Assembly: GCA_045613085.1 (NCBI GenBank)
Contig: JAZLAG010000003.1
Span: 48,696-112,695, forward strand
Direction: 5' to 3'
Length of the DNA: 64,000 bases
From: Acutalibacteraceae bacterium
Lineage (GTDB): Bacteria > Bacillota > Clostridia > Oscillospirales > Acutalibacteraceae
The notes below the pieces were generated by a model. The model did not search any database. It was not told where the DNA came from and saw nothing but the letters and a program-made list of their open reading frames with translations. The position numbers were made by a program, and so were the translations under genes. Shown piece after piece: positions 28,630 to 36,467 of the stretch. The number at the start of each line of letters is the position of its first letter. The first letter of the stretch is position 1.

Positions 28630-29328
28630 ATGGCAACAGAAAAAATCCTTATAGTTGATGATGAAGCTAATATTTGCGAATTATTAAGGTTGTACCTCGA
28701 AAAAGAGGGGTATACTACACAAGTTGTAAACGATGGCAACACCGCAATAAGCGTTTTCGAAACATTCAAGCCAGATATGGTTCTTTTAGATATTATGCTT
28801 CCAGGTCTTGATGGTTGGCAGATTTGCCGAGAAATACGAAAAACTTCTCAGACACCTATTATTATGCTCACGGCAAAAGGCGAGGTTTTTGACAAGGTTC
28901 TTGGTCTTGAATTGGGTGCCGATGACTACATTGTTAAGCCATTCGAGCCTAAAGAGGTTATAGCAAGAGTCAAGGCTGTTTTAAGACGCGTCAGCCCCCA
29001 ACAGCCTGTAGCAGAAGATACCAATAAGGTTGTTAATTACGATAAACTCTCCATTAACCTTACTAACTACGAATTAAAAATCAATGGCGAATATGTTGAC
29101 GCTCCGCCAAAGGAATTAGAGCTTATTTATCACCTTGCAAGTAACCCTAATCGTGTTTACACCCGTGACCAGCTTTTAGATGAGGTCTGGGGCTTTGAAT
29201 ACTATGGCAACTCAAGAACTGTCGATGTTCATGTTAAGCGTTTAAGAGAAAAATTAGAAGGCGTTTCAGACCAATGGGAATTACGCACTATTTGGGGCGT
29301 AGGCTACAAGTTTGATACAAAAGCTTAA
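28630..29328 (+). CDS. OmpR/PhoB-family response regulator
   Basis: Receiver domain (ILIVDDE...DMVLLDIMLPGLDG...LTAKG) plus winged-helix C-terminus (RTVDVHVKRLREKL...GVGYKF). Confidence 0.95.
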   Translation: MATEKILIVDDEANICELLRLYLEKEGYTTQVVNDGNTAISVFETFKPDMVLLDIMLPGLDGWQICREIRKTSQTPIIMLTAKGEVFDKVLGLELGADDYIVKPFEPKEVIARVKAVLRRVSPQQPVAEDTNKVVNYDKLSINLTNYELKINGEYVDAPPKELELIYHLASNPNRVYTRDQLLDEVWGFEYYGNSRTVDVHVKRLREKLEGVSDQWELRTIWGVGYKFDTKA

Positions 29329-29331
29329 CTT

Positions 29332-30828
29332 ATGGAAAGACTAAAATCAAAATTAAAAAGTAATAAGCGCGGAGCTTTCTTTCTTAAATATTTTGTTATT
29401 CTGGCGTTAATAATTGTAATAGGCTTTCTTATTACTGGTCTTACACTTATGGTTTTTGTTTTTAATTATTCAAAGCAAGAAACTCTTGCTAATTTAAGCA
29501 AAAACTCTATAAATATTTCAAAATTCACATCAGAAATATTATGCTCAGATTTAGCATTGCATAATCCTGAAGCTACTGCGCTTTTGTTTTATAATAATTT
29601 AAACACAACTGCTGATGCCAGTGGCGATATGATATTTATGTGCAATAGCACTGGTGATATTATTGCTTGCTATGACACGGTAAAATCCCCAGAGAAAATA
29701 GTAGAACACGCGGTATGTGAAGAACATAAAGCTCTGCACATACCAAAAGGATATATTGTAAAAGCAGAGAAAATAGGCTACGCAGACTACACCAAATTGG
29801 GCGGTGTTTTCGAGGAAATCCACGCAGTTGCTATTTCGCCAATAACTGTTGAAAAAGAAATTGCAGGCTTCACAATTTGTGCCTCACCTATTTCTGGACA
29901 GCTCGCTGGTTATTTTATAAAGCTTTTAACATCGTTTTTAACAGCTGCAATTTTTGCTCTTGTAATTTTAACATTAGCACTTTTCTTTTTAGCAGACAAA
30001 ATGACCAAGCCAATAAGAGAACTAGCAAAAGCCTCTCGTTGTTACTCTTCTGGCGATTTTTCATACAGAGTCCCTGAACCAGATGAAGAAAACGAAATGA
30101 CCGAGCTTATTGTTGAATTCAATTCAATGGCAGATTCTTTAGAGGCTCTTGAAAATTCGAGAAGGAACTTTGTTTCAAGCGTTTCGCACGAATTTAAGAC
30201 ACCTATGACAACAATCGGTGGATTTATAAATGGCATTCTAGATGGTACTATTCCTCCCGAAAAACAAAATTATTATTTAGAAATTGTTTCTTCTGAGGTA
30301 AAAAGACTTTCTAAAATGGTTAACGCAATGCTCAACATTTCGAGAATTGAAACTGGAAAATTGAATCTGAAAATCGAAAGATTTGATGTTTCAAAAAATC
30401 TTTTAAATACCTTTTTAACCTTTGAACAGCTTATAACAGAGAAAAATATTACTATAGAAGGGCTTGAGGAATTAGATGAACTATCTATTCCTGGTGACCA
30501 ATCAATGCTCGATCAGGTTATTTATAACTTGATTGATAATGCAGTTAAATTCACCAATGAAAATGGTAAAATAAGTGTTACAACAAAAAAAGATAATGAT
30601 TTTTGCTATTTCTCAATAACAAATACAGGCAAAGGTATTCCACCCCAGCATATAAGGAATGTATTTGATAGATTTTATAAAGTTGACGAGTCAAGAAGTG
30701 CCGACACAAAAAGCACTGGTCTTGGACTACACTTAGTAAAAAGCATTGTAGAACTTCACGGCGGTAAGGTTACTGTTATTAGTGAATCTGATAAATTCAC
30801 TGAGTTCACTGTAAAATTACCAAAGTAA
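29332..30828 (+). CDS. Sensor histidine kinase (HAMP-HisKA-HATPase)
   Basis: H-box FVSSVSHEFKTPMT, N-box DNAVKF, G1 TNTGKGI, G2 GLGL; two TM segments. Confidence 0.9.
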   Translation: MERLKSKLKSNKRGAFFLKYFVILALIIVIGFLITGLTLMVFVFNYSKQETLANLSKNSINISKFTSEILCSDLALHNPEATALLFYNNLNTTADASGDMIFMCNSTGDIIACYDTVKSPEKIVEHAVCEEHKALHIPKGYIVKAEKIGYADYTKLGGVFEEIHAVAISPITVEKEIAGFTICASPISGQLAGYFIKLLTSFLTAAIFALVILTLALFFLADKMTKPIRELAKASRCYSSGDFSYRVPEPDEENEMTELIVEFNSMADSLEALENSRRNFVSSVSHEFKTPMTTIGGFINGILDGTIPPEKQNYYLEIVSSEVKRLSKMVNAMLNISRIETGKLNLKIERFDVSKNLLNTFLTFEQLITEKNITIEGLEELDELSIPGDQSMLDQVIYNLIDNAVKFTNENGKISVTTKKDNDFCYFSITNTGKGIPPQHIRNVFDRFYKVDESRSADTKSTGLGLHLVKSIVELHGGKVTVISESDKFTEFTVKLPK

Positions 30829-30895
30829 CTTCAATTTTATTTCAATATACTTCTGTTATTTTTATAACATAATAACAGAAACGGAGGATTTTTTA

Positions 30896-32452
30896 ATGGA
30901 CGAATTCAATAATGGACAAAACTATTCCCAAGCGAATGAGAATTCTAATGTAAACACAGGTGCACAGAACACAACTGCACCTCAACAAAACAATAATTAT
31001 ATGGGGTATTCAAATCCGCAACAACCCAACTACACTCAAGGTGGTATGTCGTACCCGACATCCCCTGCCGGATATGCACAAAACCCTCAATACACTCCAA
31101 ATAATCAAGGCTTTGGTACTTCTCCAAACAACACAACACCATTTAATACTCAAAGCTACCAAAGCTCACCTTTTCAGAATCCAGTAAAACAGAAACAATC
31201 CAAAACCGGCAAAACTGTTTTCGCAATTTTAATTGTGCTTTGCATAGCAGTTGCTTCGATTTTAATAGGTACTTCTATTTCAGGTGACAATCCATTGGGT
31301 AACAGCGGTAATATAGCTTCACAGAATGAATCTGACAAAATCGCTGGTGCAACCCCTGATGTAGAGAAATCACCATATGCGGCAGAAGAATATTCTGGCA
31401 AAGGCTCTATGACACCCGTTCAGATTTATGATACTGTTAAAGAATCAAATGTTGGTATTCTTGTTTATTACCAGAACCAACAGGCTGGCGAGGGTTCGGG
31501 CGTCATTGTAGGCGAAAAGGAAGGCTACACATATATAATTACATGTGCTCATGTTATTGCAGACAAAGGCGTAGATGTTCAAGTACAATTTTTTGATTCA
31601 ACAGAGTTAGATGCAGAAATTGTCGGTATTGATACCAAAACAGATATCGGTGTTGTAAGAGTTAAGAAAACAGGCTTTAAGGCTGCTACCTTTGGCGATT
31701 CTGATTCACTTAAAATCGGCACAGCTGTTTACGCTATTGGTAACCCAGGTGGTACAGAATTCTTTGGTTCATTTACAGATGGCATTGTCTCTTCTCTTGA
31801 CAGACCAATAGCTACTTCTTCAAACGGCTATTACGACTTACCTTGCATTCAGCACACAGCTGCAATTAATCCTGGTAACTCTGGTGGTGCTTTAGTTAAC
31901 GAGTTTGGTCAGATTATAGGTATTAACTCTTCAAAAATTGCAGACACAGAATACGAAGGTATGGGCTTTGCTGTTCCATCTGAAAAAGTTCTCGAAATTT
32001 ACAACCAGATTATTGAACATGGTTATGTTACAAACAGACCAATGCTTGGTATAACTTATTATGCAGTTTCTACTGATTCAACCTACTCAGCTATTGCATG
32101 GAAAAACAATCTTCCTTACGGCTCAATAGTTATCGCTGGTATTGCTACTAACAGTAGTCTTAATGAAACAAACATTAAAGCTGGTGATATTATTACAGCA
32201 GTTAACGGCAAAAAGCTTGATGATACAGCAATTCTTTTAGAAGCCATTGAAAACGCAAAGGTTGGCGATAAATTAACACTCACAGTTGTTCGTCTTAACA
32301 ACAGCGGTGCAGTTGCTACTACCTTTGATGCTGAAATCACTTTAGTTGAAGATAAAGGCAATACAGTTTATAACGAACCTGTAACAGAGCAACAACAGCA
32401 ATCTGCTGAAGATTACTTTGAACAGTTCCCTTTTAATCCTTTCGGTTATTAA
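30896..32452 (+). CDS. htrA: HtrA/DegP-family serine protease with PDZ domain and long Q/N/P-rich N-terminal region
   Basis: Catalytic region TCAHV...D...GNSGGALVN; TM at about residue 105; PDZ-like C-terminus. Confidence 0.9.
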   Translation: MDEFNNGQNYSQANENSNVNTGAQNTTAPQQNNNYMGYSNPQQPNYTQGGMSYPTSPAGYAQNPQYTPNNQGFGTSPNNTTPFNTQSYQSSPFQNPVKQKQSKTGKTVFAILIVLCIAVASILIGTSISGDNPLGNSGNIASQNESDKIAGATPDVEKSPYAAEEYSGKGSMTPVQIYDTVKESNVGILVYYQNQQAGEGSGVIVGEKEGYTYIITCAHVIADKGVDVQVQFFDSTELDAEIVGIDTKTDIGVVRVKKTGFKAATFGDSDSLKIGTAVYAIGNPGGTEFFGSFTDGIVSSLDRPIATSSNGYYDLPCIQHTAAINPGNSGGALVNEFGQIIGINSSKIADTEYEGMGFAVPSEKVLEIYNQIIEHGYVTNRPMLGITYYAVSTDSTYSAIAWKNNLPYGSIVIAGIATNSSLNETNIKAGDIITAVNGKKLDDTAILLEAIENAKVGDKLTLTVVRLNNSGAVATTFDAEITLVEDKGNTVYNEPVTEQQQQSAEDYFEQFPFNPFGY

Positions 32453-32493
32453 TGTTCAGGAAATAGGGCATCACTAAAACCAAATATGATCTC

Positions 32494-32531
32494 AAAAAAA
32501 GAAACCTATCAATTACGATAGATTTCTTTTT
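32494..32531. terminator. Bidirectional terminator between htrA and the rhomboid gene
   Basis: aaaaaaagaaacctatcaattacgatagatttcttttttt. Confidence 0.65.
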
Positions 32532-32580
32532 TTACTTTATTCCTATGTATTCAACTATCCTTTTGAGTTCATTCAACCCG

Positions 32581-33225
32581 TCAACAAATCGAAATAAATC
32601 CCATCAACAACCCCCCTATAAAACCTGAGATATGTTCAAAAGCAGTAACTTTACCTACAAGCATTCCGCCTATTGTATAAATACCAAGTATAACAATTGC
32701 TACTAAAGGCAATCCAGAAAACATAATCGTTTCACTTTTTAAAGCGAGCATAATAAATACGGCAATAAGACCATAAATACCCGTTGATGCACCCTCGCCC
32801 TCCTGCAATTTATAAACGAACGCCATATATAAACCAGATATTAATACAGAACCACTAAAACAAATTGCAGTTTTTAGCAAACCAAGTTGCGACTCAACTG
32901 CATATCCGACGATAAGCATTGCAGTAATATTTGAAATAATGTGCCACACTCCCACATGAAGAAGTGACGACGACATCAGTCGCCATACCTGACCTTTTTT
33001 TATTTTCTTTTCTGACAGGTGCAAAGCCCGATTTATGTATCCTTTATTGTGACCTGACCACAATTTTTCTTTTAGTGTCACTGTTTCTGTTTTCGGAATA
33101 ATAAAAAAATTATCAAGTATATAAATTACAAAAATAATTGTACAAAAAGTTATTGTGAAAACCAGCATACTTTTCTCCTTTGTTTTTATTTTATTGTAAA
33201 TATATTCATCGTTATTGTCAAGCAA
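32581..33225 (-). CDS. Rhomboid-family intramembrane serine protease
   Basis: HxxxN region (WHIISNITAM), GxSxG (GASTGIYG) and a C-terminal H (FEHISGFIGG). The start may be the internal M at residue 20. Confidence 0.8.
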   Translation of the reverse strand: MLDNNDEYIYNKIKTKEKSMLVFTITFCTIIFVIYILDNFFIIPKTETVTLKEKLWSGHNKGYINRALHLSEKKIKKGQVWRLMSSSLLHVGVWHIISNITAMLIVGYAVESQLGLLKTAICFSGSVLISGLYMAFVYKLQEGEGASTGIYGLIAVFIMLALKSETIMFSGLPLVAIVILGIYTIGGMLVGKVTAFEHISGFIGGLLMGFISIC

Positions 33226-33282
33226 TCCCTAATCCCTAGCCCCAACACCTAACAACTTACTGACCTACTGACAACTAACTAT
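33224..33282. repeat. G-poor word tract (CCCTAA, CTAAC, CTGAC units) with a GCCCCAACA core remnant
   Basis: aatccctaatccctagccccaacacctaacaacttactgacctactgacaactaacta. Confidence 0.4.
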
Positions 33283-33310
33283 TGACAAATCCCCTTCTAA
33301 ATTCTAAAAT
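33282..33310 (+). promoter_or_regulatory. Sigma-70-type promoter for ttcA
   Basis: TTGACA (33282-33287), a 17-nt spacer, then TAAAAT (33305-33310), 32 nt upstream of the ATG at 33342. Confidence 0.55.
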
Positions 33311-33341
33311 ACTAACATATCAAAAAAGCGTGGTGGTAAAA

Positions 33342-34052
33342 ATGCAAAAGATTTTAGGTTGTGTCAGAAATGCAGTTGACACTTACAATATGATTGAAGT
33401 TGGTGACAAAATCGCCGTTGGTGTTTCTGGTGGTAAAGACTCCGTTTTACTGCTCAAGGCACTTTGTGGCTTAAAAGCATTTTACCCCGTAGATTTTGAA
33501 ATAGTCGCTATCACTCTTGATATGCGTTTCAATAACGTTGATGGTGATTTTTCTGAAATTCAGAAAATCTGCGATGAATATAACGTTCATTACGAAATAA
33601 GACGAACTGAGCTTTTCGATATAATTTTCAACGTGCGAAAAGAAAGCAATCCTTGCAGTCTATGTTCGAGAATGCGCCGTGGAATTCTTCACGACACAGC
33701 AAAAGAATTAGGCTGCAACAAAATTGCACTGGGGCATCACCTTGACGATGCTGCCGAAACGTTTTTAATGAATCTTTTAAGTGAAGCAAGAATTGGTTGT
33801 TTTCAGCCTGTTACATATCTTTCAAGAAAAGATATTACTATGATAAGACCGCTCATTCATTTAACTGAGAATGACGTAGAGCTTGCTATTAAGCGACTTA
33901 ACCTACCAGTTGTTAAAAGCAAATGCCCTGCCGACGAAAACACAAGGCGTGAAGACGTAAAAATTCTTATAAAACAGTTAAACGAACAATATGAAGATGT
34001 TCCGCAGAAAATTATAGGTGCAATAAAACGTAGTCATATTGATAATTGGTGA
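33342..34052 (+). CDS. ttcA: tRNA 2-thiocytidine biosynthesis TtcA-family PP-loop ATPase
   Basis: PP-loop SGGKDS and CSLCSRMRRG motif. The ATG at 33342 follows a ggtgg RBS; the track start at 33282 lies inside the promoter. Confidence 0.78.
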   Translation: MQKILGCVRNAVDTYNMIEVGDKIAVGVSGGKDSVLLLKALCGLKAFYPVDFEIVAITLDMRFNNVDGDFSEIQKICDEYNVHYEIRRTELFDIIFNVRKESNPCSLCSRMRRGILHDTAKELGCNKIALGHHLDDAAETFLMNLLSEARIGCFQPVTYLSRKDITMIRPLIHLTENDVELAIKRLNLPVVKSKCPADENTRREDVKILIKQLNEQYEDVPQKIIGAIKRSHIDNW

Positions 34053-34130
34053 TTGACATATTTCACAAAAAATGGTATATTTATTTGTATAGTTATTTTA
34101 AATTTCAATTTTCAAAATGGAGTGTGTGAA

Positions 34131-36224
34131 ATGACAAATATTCAGGAAATATTCGGCTGTCAGGTTTTTAACGAAACTGTTATGCAGAGCCGTTTACCTA
34201 AAGATACTTATCGTTCACTTATTAAGACAATAAAAGACGGTAAAACTCTTGATATTGATACAGCTAACGTCATAGCAAACGCTATGAAAGACTGGGCTAT
34301 TGAAAAAGGAGCAACACATTTTACACACTGGTTCCAACCTATGACAGATGTTACCGCTGAAAAGCACGACAGCTTCATTACCCCGGTTTCTGGTGGTAAG
34401 GTAATGCTTGAGTTCTCAGGTAAAACCCTCGTTCGTGGTGAGCCTGATGCTTCTTCTCTTCCTAATGGTGGTCTTCGTTCTACATTTGAAGCAAGAGGCT
34501 ACACTGCATGGGACCCTACATCATTTGCATTTATTAAAGATGATACATTATGTATTCCTACCGCTTTCTGCTCTTACGGTGGTGAATCTCTTGACAAAAA
34601 AACTCCGCTTCTTCGCTCTATGGAAGCTGTGGACAAGCAGGCATTAAGAGTTTTAAGACTCTTTGGTGAAAATAATGTTACAAGAGTTACAACAACTGTT
34701 GGTGCCGAGCAGGAATATTTCCTTATAGATAAAGAAGTTTATAACAAACGACCTGACTTAAAGCTTTGCAATCGTACTCTTTTCGGTTGTCGTTCTGCAA
34801 AAGGTCAGGAGCTTGATGACCACTATTTTGGTAAAATCAAGCCGCGTGTTTCAGCATATATGAAAGAGCTCGATGAAGAACTCTGGAAGTTAGGTATTCT
34901 TTCTAAAACAAAGCACAATGAAACCGCTCCTGCACAGCACGAGTTAGCACCAATTTTCACTTCTGCTAACGTTGCAACAGACCACAACCAGCTTATTATG
35001 GAAATGATGAAAACTGTTGCAGACAGACACGATATGGTTTGTATTCTTCACGAAAAACCATTTGAAGGAATTAACGGTAGCGGTAAGCACAACAACTGGG
35101 CTATTTGTGAGGATAATAAAATTAACCTTTTAAATCCTGGTGATTCTCCATCACAGAATACAAGATTTTTACTTTTCATTACTGCAGTTATTAAAGCGGT
35201 TGATGATTACCAGGAACTTTTAAGAGCATCTGTTGCTACTGCAGGTAACGACAGAAGACTTGGTGCAGGCGAAGCACCACCAGCAGTTATTTCTATCTTC
35301 TTAGGTGACGAATTAACAGCAATTTTTGAGGCACTTGAAAAAGGCGAACTTTATAAAGAAAGGAAGCCATCTGACCTCGAAATCGGTGCAAGAGTTCTTC
35401 CTAAATTACCACAGGATACAACAGACAGAAACCGTACTTCTCCATTTGCATTCACCGGTAATAAATTTGAATTCAGAATGCTCGGTTCTTCTGCTTCTAT
35501 TGCAGATACAAACACAATTCTTAACACTGCAATTGCAGAATCTTTGAGAGTATTTGCTGATGAGCTTGAAAACTCAAAAGATTTTGACACAGACGTTCTT
35601 GAGCTTATTAAAAAGACTATTAAAAAGCATTCAAGAATTATCTTTAATGGTAATAACTATTCTGACGAGTGGCACAAGGAAGCTAAAAAGCGTGGCTTGC
35701 TTGCTCTTAACTCAACTGCTGAGGCATTACCATATATTACTGATAAAAAGGCTATTGACCTTTTCTCAAAGCACAAGGTATTCACAGAAAGTGAACTCAT
35801 TTCAAGACGTGACGTTAAACTCAATACATATTCAAAAACATTAAAGATTGAAGCACTCACAATGCTCGAAATGACAAAGAGAGATATTCTCCCTGCAGTT
35901 ATAAAATTCAAGGGCAAGGTTGCAAGTGAAATTAATTCACTTACAGCTATCGGTCCTGAAATGGATTGTTCAGTTGAAAAAACTCTCTTAGCAAAAATTT
36001 CAAAGTTATCTATGAAATTAGGCAGAGCACTTAAAACACTTGAACAACTCACAGAAAAGAGCGACGACTTCTCAACTAATCAGGCAGAAGCAGATTATTA
36101 CAACGACAAAATGCTCCCTGCAATGAATAACTTAAGAGAAATTGTTGACGAGTTAGAAACTATAGTAGCACGTGAAGACTGGCCTTACCCAAGCTACACC
36201 GAAATGCTCTATAGCGTAAGATAA
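34131..36224 (+). CDS. glnN: Type III glutamine synthetase
   Basis: About 698 aa from the ATG at 34131 (ggagtg RBS). The size and the NGSGKHNNW motif are characteristic of GSIII. Confidence 0.88.
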   Translation: MTNIQEIFGCQVFNETVMQSRLPKDTYRSLIKTIKDGKTLDIDTANVIANAMKDWAIEKGATHFTHWFQPMTDVTAEKHDSFITPVSGGKVMLEFSGKTLVRGEPDASSLPNGGLRSTFEARGYTAWDPTSFAFIKDDTLCIPTAFCSYGGESLDKKTPLLRSMEAVDKQALRVLRLFGENNVTRVTTTVGAEQEYFLIDKEVYNKRPDLKLCNRTLFGCRSAKGQELDDHYFGKIKPRVSAYMKELDEELWKLGILSKTKHNETAPAQHELAPIFTSANVATDHNQLIMEMMKTVADRHDMVCILHEKPFEGINGSGKHNNWAICEDNKINLLNPGDSPSQNTRFLLFITAVIKAVDDYQELLRASVATAGNDRRLGAGEAPPAVISIFLGDELTAIFEALEKGELYKERKPSDLEIGARVLPKLPQDTTDRNRTSPFAFTGNKFEFRMLGSSASIADTNTILNTAIAESLRVFADELENSKDFDTDVLELIKKTIKKHSRIIFNGNNYSDEWHKEAKKRGLLALNSTAEALPYITDKKAIDLFSKHKVFTESELISRRDVKLNTYSKTLKIEALTMLEMTKRDILPAVIKFKGKVASEINSLTAIGPEMDCSVEKTLLAKISKLSMKLGRALKTLEQLTEKSDDFSTNQAEADYYNDKMLPAMNNLREIVDELETIVAREDWPYPSYTEMLYSVR

Positions 36225-36230
36225 AAAATT

Positions 36231-36259
36231 AAATGGGGATTTCTAAAATCCCCATTTAT
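36231..36259 (+). terminator. Weak terminator hairpin after the glutamine synthetase gene
   Basis: aaatggggatttctaaaatccccatttat. Confidence 0.45.
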
Positions 36260-36266
36260 AAAATAT

Positions 36267-36351
36267 GCGGGTATGGTGGAATTGGCAGACACGCAAGATT
36301 TAGGTTCTTGTGCCGAAAGGTGTACAGGTTCGACCCCTGCTACCCGCACCA
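36267..36351 (+). tRNA. tRNA-Leu (anticodon UAG)
   Basis: GCGGGTATGGTGGAATTGGCAGACACGCAAGATTTAGGTTCTTGTGCCGAAAGGTGTACAGGTTCGACCCCTGCTACCCGCACCA. Anticodon stem CAAGA/TCTTG, loop TTTAGGT, long variable arm, encoded CCA. Confidence 0.92.
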
Positions 36352-36390
36352 AACAACCTTGGTAGAATTACCAAGGTTGTTTTTTATTGT
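36352..36390 (+). terminator. Terminator of tRNA-Leu
   Basis: AACAACCTTGGTAgaatTACCAAGGTTGTT followed by ttttatt. Confidence 0.75.
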
Positions 36391-36467
36391 TCCACGCCTT
36401 TGGGAACAATAAAAAAACACCGCATCCATTTCGGTAGCGGTGTTTTGTCATAATTCTTATTTTACTG

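Noticed and set aside
35351-36052. Minus-strand ORFs (79 and 131 aa) and plus-strand off-frame ORFs inside the glutamine synthetase gene
   Set aside because: They are shadow or off-frame ORFs within a gene whose main frame has clear GSIII motifs.
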